Below are positions 48,515 to 64,000 of a DNA stretch of 64,000 nt, one piece after another. Numbering within the stretch: position 1 is the stretch's first letter; the number at the start of each line of letters is the position of its first letter. The notes under the pieces are model-generated. The model made no database searches. It had not been told where the DNA came from and saw only the letters and a program-made list of their open reading frames with translations. The translations under genes and the position numbers were made by a program. Source of the stretch: the human T2T-CHM13v2.0 reference genome, Homo sapiens. The DNA lies in the NCBI RefSeq assembly GCF_009914755.1, contig NC_060928.1. One strand, given 5' to 3'.

Positions 48515-49659
48515 ATTTCTAACCATAAAATTTCGCCATTGCACAAAAAGCCTTTATAGAAGTTTCTAACATATTCTATTCTGAACCCTGTAGAATATTT
48601 TATGTAGTATAGCAGCTTGCATTGTTACTTACTGTACTGGAATCAAACCTCTTGAGCATTATTTTAACAAACATCCCTTTACATTTTTTGGAAAGATTTT
48701 TAGTACTCCATTGGCATAGCTATTTCATACAAGGATTAGGAGAAACTTTGAAAGGTTATCCACTTGACTTTTCTGATTTTAGAAAGGACTACCATTAAAC
48801 CACCCTATCAGACAAAAAAAACTGGTTTTTAGAAACCTGAGAGAAGGAATTTTATAATTTCCCTGAGTAAGCTGTTACAGGGAATAACAAATCTCCTGCC
48901 ACATGTGGCACAGTGTAAGTAATGCTGGAGCACACATACTGCATTGTAAAGAAGGTAGGAAAGGTGGGGGGACTTTTGTTAGCTTTAATTTTAAGGCTAA
49001 AAGCATTTCTTCTCAGTTTGAACTACTTTTAAATGTTATAAATGTCATCATAAAAATCATTAGAAAACTCATTTCTCCTTATGTTGTCGTTGTACCATTG
49101 GGTATTGTATAGAGACCAATTTCTAAGAGATTTTTTCACCTCTGTTTCTGTTATTTGCTATACTGGAGGTAATATAATAATAATGAAATATAGCTTTTTT
49201 TTTCAACTCAGAAATCCTATTCCCTCTCCCCATCTGTGATTATATTGTACTGGACTTCTGACTTGGTCAAAAGCATAGGTTTTGACTTAGATACATGTGG
49301 GGGCAGATCTCAGCTCTATCACTAACTAGCTATATGATATTTGGCAAGTTTTTTCTCTATGTGCAGTAGTTTCTTTATCTGTAAAATTAAGATAATAGCT
49401 ACTTTACAGGGTTGGAAGAATTAATTTAGAAATTGTACAGTGCTTAGCCTCAATAATTGGTAGGTGGTGGTGTAAATATTTTACATAGATACTTGTGACA
49501 GTTCTTTGTTCTACAAAACAGACTAATATTAATTTCAGATTGGCCAAGCTACTTAATTTCTCTGTGCCTCAGTTTCCTCACTATTAAATGGGGATGACAA
49601 TAGTGTCCACCTAGAGCAGGACTATTTTAGTATTACATATAATCCTTGGATATAAATGC

Positions 49660-50090
49660 TGATGAAGTTTGGATATTTGTCCCCACCCAAGTCTCATGTT
49701 GAAATGTAATCCCCAATCTTGGAGGTGGAGCCTGGTGGGAGGTGTATGGATTAGATCAGATCTCTCATGAATGACTTGGGCCATCCTTTGGGTGGTAAGT
49801 GAGCTCTTGCTCCGAGTTCACACGAGGTCTAGATCTGGTCATTTAAAAGTGTGTGGCATCTCCCCATCCCTCACTCTATCACTTGCTCCTACTTTCGTCA
49901 TATGACATGCCTGCTCCCCTTTCACCTTCTGCCATGATTGTAAGCTTCCTGAGGCCTCCCTAGAAGCTGAGCAGATGCCAGCACCATGCTTCCTGTAGTC
50001 TGTAGAACCATAAGCCAAATAAACATCTTTTCTTTATAAATTTATAAATTACCCAGTCGCAGATATTTATAGAAAGAACAGCCTAATACA
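49660..50090 (+). mobile_element. MST (MSTA/B) solo LTR downstream of the stop codon
   Basis: gtttggatatttgtccccacccaagtctcatgttgaaatgtaatccc...cagcctaataca. Confidence 0.85.
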
Positions 50091-51459
50091 GGTGCTAAAT
50101 ACATATCTGACAATAAATGGTAGTTATCTCTTAGAACTGTTATGAGGATTAAACGAGTTACAGTGTCCATCTTAAAAAGATAATTCTGAAAAAAATCTCA
50201 TAGGTTCACTTTGCCTTGTCAAGAATATGATTACCATTAACTTCTGTAGATAGGAAAAAAATGTGCTGAGCTCCAAAACTGACAGACATTTTGCTAAAAC
50301 AATATCAAATCTCATTAAAATGATGACAGTTATTTCAATAGTTGACAGTAGCTATCCCAATACAACCTAACAAGGCATTTTCTCTTCAGAATCACTCGAT
50401 CATATGGCCATTTCCCTAAGCTTTTATAGCTATTGCCCAGTGTACACTGAAGACAACAGCTAACGAACAACATACGTGTGATAATTTATGTAGTTGAACC
50501 TCTAAGGCAAAAAAAAAAAAAAAAAGGAAAAATTAGTGAAAATCATTCAAACATTATGCTCACCAGGTAGACTGCCATCATAGAAGTCCTAATGCTACTG
50601 CTAAAAACTAGTAAACTACCAGTAAACTGTGAAGACAGAAGTAACTCCTGTGATCTATATGTTTGTGCAGATGGTGGAGCTTTTCTGCTCCTAAAGCCTG
50701 AGAAATGCAAATGTGGCTTCGTTAATGCAAATGCTTCCTACGCCAGACTTTATGAAACTCCTCCTAAAGTTGAATTCTTATCCAAGTGGACATATGTTAG
50801 GGTGCCATTGTAATTCAGGTAGAGTGTCAGAGTGGTGGCTGGCACCAACGGTAGATGTTCTCAACATTAGCGTTATTCAGGTAAGACTACAACAATGATG
50901 AACATGTCAAAACTTTCCTTTAAAAGGAACAATCAGAAAAACTCTTTAACAAATGTTTTTCTTTCCGTAGTATTTTAATTAAAATTTTTAAAATTTTAAA
51001 ATTTACTAAATTTATGAACGTTTTTATCCCACTTGAGATGAATACTTATTTATAGTCCCTGTCCCATGAAGCTTCTGTGGATTTGCTTTGTTTGTCATTT
51101 GTGGTATGTTTGATAACAAAAATATTAGTGGCACAAAAGCAGTTATATTGAATGCTTTTGTTTTAGAGAAAATTTCACTCTGTACTAGAAAATGTAGATG
51201 ATGTGAGTCAAAGTTCATTAATATTTACCTGAAAATTTGTGTATAAAGGTAACCTTGGGGCAGTTTATTTTGCTTAGACCCCTCAGCTTCTTGATAGAGT
51301 GAGGTGAGGGCATATGTAAGTCAGTAAACTATTCTGTTAGTAAAGTCAAAGGCGTAATCTAAATTAATTATGCTTTTAACTAACACAGAAGAAATCATGT
51401 GACCTCATTCTCAAAGCTCGTAACATCCACCTGGCCAATCTTAAGATGTGGATAGAGTT

Positions 51460-51940
51460 CTTTTTTTTCTTTTTTCAATTTTTACAATAATTTTTGACAC
51501 ATTGAAGCTGTGCATGTTTATGGGGGCACAATTTGATGTTTCAATACATGTATATGTTGTGTAATGATCAAATCGGAGTACTTAGCATATCTATCATCTC
51601 GTGCATTTATCATTTCTTTGTGGCGAGAACATTTAAAAATCCTATTTTCTAGCTATTTTGTAATATACACTACCTTACTGTTGCGAACCATAGTCACCCT
51701 ACTGTGCAATAGAACACCTGAACTTATTCCTCCTATCTAGTTGTAACTTTGTACCCATTGACCCCCCTTCCCTTCCTTCCACTCTCCCCTCCCCAGTCTC
51801 TGGTAACCACTGTTCTGTTCCCTATGAGATAAAACTTTTTTTGTCTTCCATATGAGTGGGATCATGTAGTATTTGTTTTTCTGTGTCTGGCTTACTTTCC
51901 TAAACATAATGTCCTCCAGGTTCATCCATGTTGTTGCATG
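51460..51940 (-). mobile_element. L1MA 3' end fragment
   Basis: T-rich tail then antisense L1 3'UTR/ORF2 end (MNLEDIMFRKVSQTQKNKY). Confidence 0.85.
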
Positions 51941-52806
51941 GTGTTAATCTTAGCATGACAGTATAGCCATTATAGGGCTCATACTTAAATGCCAAATCTT
52001 GTTATATATGGAACCCAGCTATTTCAAGGATCAATGTTCTCTTATAAAGTCACATTAGCATTTACACCCAGATTTTGCTGACTCAGAATTCCATCACATG
52101 TGAGATCTCGGTCGCCTGAAAAGTCCTCTCCCCAAGTATTTTTGGAAGTCTCAGGGGTTTCCTCACTGATTCACAAACAAGTTCACACTCTTGGGTGCAG
52201 CCTACTCGTGCCAGGCTTCTGTTGGGCCTCCACTATTTCTACTGCTGCTGTTCCTGTAGGAGAATGCTGCCTTGCTTAGATGTTCCCAAACTGTGAAACA
52301 CTTAAGTTGCCAAAATAGTGCTGTGTTTCCAGGGTACATCTTCTTTGCCTCTCTTCCCATAGGGGCCAGTGCATTGTTCTGAGATAGGAACCAACTACTA
52401 CCATCTCTTATTGTCCTCAGGTCTCCTGTCTTTTCCCCCAGCACCTAAGTACACACCTCTACAGAAGGCTTTCCCCACACAAGCCCACTTTTCAAAATGC
52501 AAATCAAATCCTGCAAAGGATGCCTGAGTAGTTGGCTGTCCTTCCTTTTCTGGTAGTATCACCTTTGGCTGAATCGTGACCTCCCAGCTTCACATGTAGC
52601 TATGATTGCTAATTCTGTCAACCCCTCAAAAAAGGTATTGCCCCCATTTTACAGAAAAAGAAATTGAGCATCAGGGTTACTAGGAAATTACTCAAAGTTC
52701 ACCATTTCTAAATGTGATGCATTATATACATTAGATTCAAACATTACTATTTTCCAAGTTGCTCAAAGCACTCTATGAACCTCATTCTTTCTATAAGACA
52801 GTTCGG

Positions 52807-53112
<306 letters not shown>

Positions 53113-53941
53113 AAGACAGTTCAGTGACAGGTGTTATCTTCAATTATAGATACCTCTGTGATATAGAGTAATTAAGGAATTTGTACATAACTCAGATGGT
53201 AAGATCCTGTTCAGTGTTTTAACTTTAAGGCCTTTCTTCTATAATCTAATATCCTTGATTTTGCTTTTGTGGAGAACACACCTCAAGGTTTTTTTTTTTC
53301 CAGTAGAATTTTTTGCTTATGTTTAAGGATAATATTTTAGACATTCAAATCAAACCAAAGAGAAACCCTTAATATCAGCTTCTGTATTAGCCCAACTTTT
53401 GGCTATAAATGACAGAAATCTACTAGCTTAGGAAAGAGAGTAATATACTGAATCATCTAATCATACAAGGAGAAGAGTAGGAGTGCAGTAAACTTCACAA
53501 ACACAAATGATGCTGGGGATTCTCCCTGCCTTTTCTCCTCTGTGTATTGACTTCATTCTCCTGGGTTCCTCCACATAGCTGGAAATATGGCAACAGCAGC
53601 ACTTAGGTCCACAGGAAGGATTTCCCCTATCTCCATAGACCTAATTCTGAAAGTCTCAGGGGAGCATTCTCACTGATCTGCCTGACAGGTCATAGGTCCA
53701 TCTCCATGGCCAGGGATGTGGGTTCTATGATTGATTGGAGTTGAGGAAAGATCATTTCCCCAAAATAAGAGGTTTGATAGTCACAGAATCAAATAGGATG
53801 CCAGGCAGACAAAACGGAGATCTATCACAGATACTTTAATCTGTTTTGGAATAAAGTGAGATATAAGTATTATTGATTGGTGTCTTACATTAAAAGATTC
53901 AATCTTCATGAAAAGGTTTAATTACCTAATTATTGGTAATA

Positions 53942-54360
53942 GAGTTGACCCTTGAACAATATGAATTTGAACTGTGTGTTTACATGTTGATTTTCTTCCA
54001 CATCTGCCACCCCTGGGACAGCAAGACCAGCCACCCCTCTTTTTCCTCCTTCAGCCTACTCAACGTGAAGATGACAAGGATGAAGACCTTCATGATGATC
54101 CACTACCACTTAATGAGTGATGAATATATTTTCTCTTATGATTTTCTTAACATTTTCTTTCCTCTAATTTTATTGTAACAATACAGTATATAATACACAT
54201 AACATACAAAATATATGTTAATCAACTGTTGATGTTATCAGTAAGGCCTCTGATCAACAGTAAGCTATTAGTAAACTTTTTGCAGAATCAAAAGTTATAC
54301 ATGGATTTCTGACTGGGGGGTTTCAGCGCCCCAACCTTCATGTTGTTCAAGGGTCAACTC
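53942..54360. mobile_element. Tigger2a/MER28-like MITE
   Basis: Perfect 18-bp TIR GAGTTGACCCTTGAACAA with TA flanks. Confidence 0.9.
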
Positions 54361-54829
54361 TATACCCACTGAAACACAAGTGAGGTTCATATTGTCAGCT
54401 GCATACATTTGAACTTTTGTGGCGATAACACCCTTATTTGTTAGAAATATCCTTCCCTGATCCAGTTTTACAAGTAAAATATTTTTCTTTTATCCCCCCA
54501 TGCTAAATTACTATTTACCCTTCCTAATAGTGAAGATGCATCTGCAAACAAAGGATCAGTAGCTTCAAGAGGACTGGTTAAAGCATGATATCTTTTTTGT
54601 ATTATTTATTTTATGTCTAGCTGATTAATAGGGATTTTAGAGTTATTTTAGCCTAACCAGCCCCTTTGAACAGTTGAAGAAGCTATGATGCATGGCAGGC
54701 AATAAGTTTTAGACACAGGTCTTTTGATTGTGTGGTTGACCTACTCAAGCCAACTCTAGAGAAAAAATGGTTTATTTTAGAGAATCTCATGAAAATCCAA
54801 GGACAGGTATCAAAAATTAGCCTTTAAGA

Positions 54830-56500
54830 ATGGAGGCAATAAGGATTCCATTTTAAACTGACATATAAAGAACTTGAAAATCACCACTTCATCCTTACCA
54901 GAAGAAAATGCTGGCAAAACTGAAAATCAAGGACTTTTGGACCCATAGGGAACCACCACACCAAAATCTGGAGACAGGTGCACCCAGACAGTCACAGCCA
55001 AGATCTGCTTATCTAGAGTGGAAACCACTGGAGCCATGAACTATTAGATTATTTTGAAAAATTAAGTGATTATTTTGAAGGATTGCTGGAGGCTGAGTTC
55101 GGACTAGTGCAAAAGTGAGAAACTCCTGGACTTTGCAGTCTTAGGGGAATCCCCAGAGTTTCACGGACTGTACTTCCAAGAACAGTGTTGTCACAGTGGA
55201 GATTCAACCAAAAAAAAAAAAAACCCTCTCATGACTCTGGCAGGAGGCGGAAAAGAGAAATCATTATGTAATAAGCCCAGAGCCTTCTCATAGGCCTACT
55301 CTCCAGGGCAAAAGACTGTCTGAGCTTTTTCCCAGCTGGGATAATGGCATTCCTTCCACTCCATTCCCAGCTGATGCTTTTTTTCTCACCTAAAAGAGGG
55401 TGGGGAACATAGTCAATAGGAGTCAGGGCTTGGGGCAACTAGATTAAAAACTCGGTAGCCAGTGAATGGAGAAGGGAGTGGGAGTAGGGGAAATCTATAT
55501 CACTGGAAAAACACTTGTGAAGTCACAGCCCAGAAACACAGGACTAATTAAAAGACTGATACTTAATTTTAAGACTATAGGACCCTCCCTCATTAAACCT
55601 TGCCATCATACCACCAGGACTTTAATATTGTAACAGTGGATTACAGTTGTAAGAGATGCCAGACACAGACTCTCTCTCTGAGGAGGAGTACTTAAGGAAG
55701 CCTCAAGTCAAGAGGAAAGACAAAAACAAGGACATGAGGAATTTGAAGGCTCTAGTACCTGTACCTACTCCAAATATTAAATACAGCTCAACTCCTAGCC
55801 AGACTAATATGCATCCTCACACTGAAAGCCTGTTTATTTCAGTTTCTGTTACCCAATAACATGTATACGTTTCAATAAAGAGATTACAAGGTATGCCAAG
55901 AAGCAAGAAAAGACACAATATGAAGAGACAAAGCAATAATCAGAACAAGACTCAGATACGGCATAGATGTTGGAATTATCAAACGGAATTTAAAATAACG
56001 GATTAATATACTAAGACATCTAATGGAAAAATAGACAACATGCAACAACTGATCGGTAATGTAAACAGAGAGATGGAGACTCTATGAAGGAATCAAAAGG
56101 AAATGCTAGGAATTTCTGAAACTAGCAAAAATGAAAAAAGCCTTCAATGAACTCCTCAGTAGACTTGACATGGCCAAGGAAAAAGATCAGTGAGCTTAAA
56201 ACAAGCCATTAGAAATTCACAAACTCAAATGCAAGATAAAAAAATAAAAGCATGGAACAGAACATTCAAGAACTGTTGGAAAATTCCCAAAGATACACAA
56301 TTATGGAATACTAAAAGGAGAAAAAAGAAGAAATGTTTGAAGTAACGATGCCTGAAAACTATCCAAAATTAATGACAGACACCAAACCAAATAGCCAGAA
56401 AACTCAGTAAACACTAAACAGGATAAATAACAACAACAAACCCACACATAACCATATATTTGAACTGCAGAAAACCAGACCAAAAAAATGCAGGCCATTC
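54830..56500 (+). mobile_element. Old L1M 5'/ORF1 region
   Basis: A-rich degenerate ORF1-like sequence (agacttgacatggccaaggaaaaagatcagtgagctt). Confidence 0.7.
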
Positions 56501-57054
56501 TCACGTGAACCAGAAAGTCTCAGTCATGATACTTCTCTCCATCTTGTTCCTGCACCATTCTAGATTTTAACTCTTTCATAACTTTTTTATATGGACTATC
56601 AAGGCCTTTCTAGCTTAAATTTTATCTCATTACCTTAGAGCTTTAGTTTACTTTAGCACTTTACAGTTTATTGGTTCCAAATTTTGGATTCCTGACAGAA
56701 ATCTTCTGGTGGCAGCAGGGGTCACTGAGGAATCTATGGGTAGGTTTCCCAGAACCAGGTGCTCACCTCAATCTGTGTTTCAGGAGGTGGGATAATAAAG
56801 CATAAATATGCTTCCTGCTTATTCATCAAGAACCTTTTGGAAGGCACTTTTTCTTGGGGTCGATGGGTAAAACAGGCCATGATGTATTCTTCCACCACAG
56901 AATAATAGGTAGATCAGTGAGTTCCAGAGGCGTGAACTAACTGATTTAAGCAGCCAGTATGACTTACAGTCAAACCTACCTCTCCTAACTAGCATTTACT
57001 CAGTGATCTCACTGTGACATGGATTAGAAACAATCTGTTAAGAAAAATATTTGG

Positions 57055-57680
57055 CCTTTTTGTTTTTTGAGACAGGGTCTTGCTCTGTTGCACAGACTTG
57101 AAGTGCAATGGCACCATCACAGCTCATTGCAGCCTCGACCTCCTGGGCTCAAGCAATCCTCCCACCTCAACCTTCTGAGTAGCTGGGATTACAAGTGCAT
57201 GCCACCATGCCTGGCTAAATTTTTGTATTTTTAGTAGAGACAGGGTTTTGCCATATTGGCCATGTTGGTCTTGAACTCCTAGACTCAAGCAATCCACCTG
57301 CCTTGGCCTCCCAAAGTCCTAGTATCACAGGCATGAGCCACCGTGCCCGGCCTTTTTTTTTCAATTGTGGAAAAAAGACACAACGTAGGCAGGGTGCAGT
57401 GGCTCACACCTGTAATCTTGGCACTTTGGGAGGCAAAGGTGGGAGAATCACTTGAGGCCACAGTTCAAGACCAGCCTGGGCAACATGGCAAGAGCCCATC
57501 TCTACACAAGACAAAGCAAAATTTAGTCCGGGTGTGGTGGCTCATGGCTGTAGTCCCAGCTACTTGGGAGGATGAAGTGGGGAGGTTGGCTTGAGCCCAG
57601 GAGTTCAAGTCTGCATTGAAATATGATCTCTGGACTACACTACAACCCGGACAACAAAGCAAGACCCTCTCTAGAAAACA
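57055..57680. mobile_element. Head-to-head AluJ pair (antisense 57055-57352, sense 57388-57680)
   Basis: Two oppositely oriented Alus with a ~35-bp spacer. Confidence 0.88.
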
Positions 57681-57689
57681 AACACACAA

Positions 57690-59280
<1,591 letters not shown>

Positions 59281-59574
59281 CCTTTAAATTACTATTATTA
59301 TTCCTGCTCTTCCCTTCTAAAGTTATCAGTCTATTTAATTCTAGAAATGTCATTGCTTCCTAGAGATCTGCTACACATACTACATCTTTATTTCAAATCA
59401 AGAATCTGAGAAATCACACCACCTCTTTTGCAAAACCAGTGGTGTTACTGGTGCCAGAAACTTTCTTCCCACTAGCTCCAGTCACTTGGGGCTCTTAAAA
59501 TAATAGAGGACACAAAAACCATTTTTCTCAATGAATCTCAGAACATTTTATTGCCTGTCATATATTATTACTGT

Positions 59575-60346
59575 TGTTATATATATATATATATATATAT
59601 ATATTACTGCTTGTGACCCAAAAAATATGTTGAATTCTAACCTCCAGTACCTCAGAGTATGATCTTATTTGGGAATAAGGTTGTTGCAGATGTAATTACT
59701 TAAGATGCAATCATGCTAGAGTAGGGTGGGCCTCTAATCCAATAGGACTGGTGTCCTTGTAAGAAGGCAACATGTGGCAAAGACACACAGGAAAAATGTC
59801 ATGTGATGATGAAGGCAGAGATTGGAGTGATGCAGCCAGCTGCCAGCCAAAGAACACCAAACGTTGCCAGCAAACACCAGAAACTAGGAAGAGGCAAAGG
59901 AGGATTCTCCTATAGGTTTCAGAGGGAGCATGGCCCGGCCAGCACCTTGGTTTCAGACTTTCAGCCTCCACAACTGAGAGATAATAAATTTCTGTTGTTT
60001 TATGCCATCTAGTTTGTGGTACTTCTTAATGGCAGCCTTTTTGCTTCTGTTTATATTCCACAATTTATACCATGTCTTGGCCTTAAATTCAGTATTGGGC
60101 TTTGAATATTCCAAATACTTAAATAGACATTTTTCCAAAGAAGATATACAAATGGCCAGTAAGCATACAAAAAGATGTTCAACATTACTAATCATCAGAA
60201 AAATATAAGTCAAAGCCACAGTGAGATACTGAGATATCTCCTCACACCCTTTGGGATAGCCACTACCAAAACAGAAAGTAATGGTAACAGTTACAGAAAG
60301 TGTTGGTAAGGATGTGAAGAAATTGGAACCCTGGGGAACTAACACA
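59575..60346 (+). mobile_element. MLT1C-like LTR with a (TA)n tract near its start and a ~290-bp insertion near its end
   Basis: TGTTAT...ggcagcc[insert]ctggggaactaacaCA; flanks ACTGT/GCTGT. Confidence 0.8.
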
Positions 60347-61160
60347 GCTGTCAAACTATCTGAGCCTGCTTCAGAGAGAGAAACTTCTACAAAGATTTTA
60401 TAACTACCCCTGCCAATCCCCACTGCCCAAATAAGAATATACTCCTTCACCTCCCAATTCTGCTTCCCTGAGCACCTTGGAAACCTATACAATGAAAGGA
60501 ACACATGAGATTCCTGGTATTTTTCTTATCCGGGTACTTTGTTTCCTTTTATATCCGACGATTTATATCACATCTTGGCCTTAAATTCAGTATTGGGCTT
60601 TGAATATTCCAAATACCTAAAGTTTACAAGTCTGAGAGGTTGAGTTCCCCTATAAGAGGGGCTCAGGAAATTTTAGAGACATTCTAAAAAAATTAGTGAT
60701 GAGCAACAGAAAAGCCATTATGAAATGTTTGGCCACTCAAGCTATTCTGCCTTGAGGAGATAATGTCTGACACTCACCAGAGAGTGGGGAAAAGGCATAG
60801 TATATAAAGTGTTCTGCTATTATAAAACTCATTTCAGTTCTATTCAACTTTTTATAACGTGCATTCACCTTCTCTAGCATCAAGCTCTATCATATGGCAT
60901 TTACATTATAAATTTTTAGCTCAAAATAATATCTTCATAATTTGCTCAAAAATTGTACTACGTATTGGTGTCTCAAAACAACAACAGATACTTCACGGCA
61001 CATAATTTACCTACTTTCCAACATCAAGAAAGTATACCCAGTGAAATTTGTATGCTGTTTATGCTGCCTTTTTACAGTTTTCTACTTAAATGGCTCTTGA
61101 TTAGTGAATTAATCCTAAGCAGGGTGGCAGGAGGAAATGCCATGGGTATAGTATATATTA

Positions 61161-61488
<328 letters not shown>

Positions 61489-63305
61489 TCAGTATGGCAG
61501 GAAATAATAAATGGTGCTGTTCAGTGGCCCAAGGTAGATGCACAATAAATATTTATTGAATGAATGGATGAATGAACAAATTCTGAGCAAAGTTAATATG
61601 TAGACACAGAGACAAAGAGACAAAGCCATAGATTAAACAGTCCCTTCAGAGAGTGACAAATCAAAGGGCAGTAATATATTGAATTAATGCAATTTTCCAA
61701 ATACCCTAAAATGGCATTTGTCAGGATACTCACATTTTTGTAGAACAAAACATTGCGTGTCTTAGCTCAAAGCATCTCTCAGTGTACCTCTGGAAATTCA
61801 GAAACAGGTATGTAAATACCAGTGCACATTATAAATCTGCCACCATGCAGACTAAATGTCCAAAGGACATGGGGTGAAGTATTAACCTTGGTCATTCTAG
61901 GATCGTCTGTTCCCAGGTCCTGGCACATTCTTTCTGTGCATCCTTAGAAACTTTTGGATCCCAAATTAGCACATAGTGAGAAAAGAGATAAGGAGAGTCA
62001 AACTTGGATATGTATTTGACTAAGCCACCAACATAGGCAAATAAGCTCCCTTGGTAAATAGGGAGGGAATGAAGGGTCTGTCTGTTAAACTTCAAGAAGA
62101 TTTATCCTCTGGTCTCTGTTTACCAACATTCACACAATACCTATTTTAGCAACTTTATTTCATGGCTTTCTCCACCCTCTACCATGAGGTTCCGGGTAGA
62201 ATTCAACTTATTTAAAGCCATGAGGAGTTCATCTATCTATTATTTTTTGTCTTCAAGCATTAAGAAACTGTAATTCACTAGGATTAATTCCTCTTTAACA
62301 GAGAACTTTTTTGGATTCCAGTTAGCAAATATACCATGGGTGATAGCCTTCTAGAATATTTCCTCTGAGTTTGAATAATTTCTGGGGTTGTGAGGGTTTT
62401 GCTTGTTAATATTTAATTGATAATATTTGATGTGTGGTTCTTAAACTTGGTTTCAGAATCTTCAAAGTATTTCAATGATGCATGTAACAAGAGACTGTAC
62501 ACTTCTTTCCTGTAAACAAGTGGGAACACAAGGCAATTTGCATTAAAAATAAATAAAGAATGTCATTCTTTGGTCTTTCTCTGCAGGACTTATTTATTAG
62601 GTCATGATTAGGAGCTTCTTTGAATATGAAATCCAGTCATATATGGGTTGTCAGAGATGCTTTTGGACTGTTCTAAGAAGAAGGGGAATAGTCAGCAAGT
62701 GTGGGACCAGAGAAAGCCAGGGCAGAGATAGGTGGAGGGTGAGAGACAGATGGAGTATTCACTAGGCAAGAGTCCAGACTCCGCAGCCATGTTGCTTGAG
62801 TTTCAACCCCAGTTCTACTGCTTCTTAGCAATGTGACTTTGGGTAAACCTTTTATGGATCAGTTTCTTCCTCTGCAAAATGAAGACAATAATGGTGCCTT
62901 TCTCATAGGGTTGCTGTGAGGATTAAATGAATGTTAAAGTCTAAGAAATGTGCCTGGAAAGTGTAAGTAATTTGCTTCTATATTTATCAATTATTATTAT
63001 TATTGTATACATGAGACTCAGGTTAGTTAAACAAGAATACTTTGAAATATCTTTTAAGACATCCTTCTAAATGACTTTTGCTTTTCCCAATAATGTTTTG
63101 CATATAGGAGACTGAGATTGGTGTACAAGCAGAATTGTATAGGACTGGCTTACTTTTATAGTACAGGAAAAATGGGCCAGCTCCACTTGTGAGTCAACTT
63201 CCCCCACTCCCTCCCCAGGTGACCTGACAAAATCAGCTATTACTATGTGCTGTTTATCCCAGGGTTACCACTAGGATATCCATGAAGCCTTGACCATTAT
63301 TATGA

Positions 63306-63614
<309 letters not shown>

Positions 63615-63838
63615 TAGCTTCAATTATTATGAGCCTTTTGGCTTATTCGCCTGAGAGTGTACGGCACAATTTGTGAACACAATTTGTGGACTATTTCATC
63701 ATGGGTATTTATGAATAGACAGGGTTTTCTTGAAAAAGAACAACCATTCAAGTTTCCTCACATGTATACCTTGGTCTTTTCCTCAGTGGACTCATATTCT
63801 TTCCACCCTATTTCCCTATTCTCTATTCCCCACCCATT

Positions 63839-63872
63839 ACACACACACACAGACACACACACACACACACAC
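63839..63872. repeat. (CA)n microsatellite
   Basis: Seen directly. Confidence 0.95.
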
Positions 63873-64000
63873 TCACTAAAGAGCTGTATACCTTATTTTC
63901 TCCTACCTCTGATTACTGGACCCAGAACTAAAAGGAAAGAAAGTTTCAGAAGTATCATATTTGATTGAATTGGTTCCAATCTCTATGCCTCAGAGTTTTT

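Noticed and set aside
50500-50900. Poly(A) run followed by 73-aa and 61-aa ORFs
   Set aside because: No recognisable homology, TSD or splice structure; the A-run is more relevant as an oligo-dT mispriming site.
59953-60504. 183-aa minus-strand ORF
   Set aside because: A chance mosaic across MLT1, the duplicated segment and the inverted L1 fragment; no recognisable protein family.

Overview
Human genomic DNA (a human-specific AluYb8 is present) containing the complete MMAA gene on the + strand. MMAA encodes the mitochondrial G3E-family GTPase chaperone of methylmalonyl-CoA mutase (cblA). It has a CpG-island promoter at ~10.7-11.4 kb, a short non-coding exon 1 ending at 11224, and six coding exons (30957-47251) that splice to a 418-aa ORF. 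Intron 1 holds a full-length antisense processed NCOA4 pseudogene (14410-17950, 13-bp TSD). The rest is mostly interspersed repeats: Alu, L1, MaLR LTRs including one two-LTR element, an ERV1 solo LTR, MER/Tigger DNA transposons and MIR/L2. I see no demonstrably new biological system. The best leads are: (1) a frame-rescued pseudogene ORF covering NCOA4's ferritin-binding and iron-sensing region; (2) convergent LTRs flanking that pseudogene; (3) apparently ancestral NCOA4 residues preserved in it; (4) two fossil template-switch rearrangements; (5) RNA-processing oddities of MMAA. Repeat subfamily names and comparisons with reference proteins are from memory and were not computed; repeat boundaries without a stated TSD are approximate.
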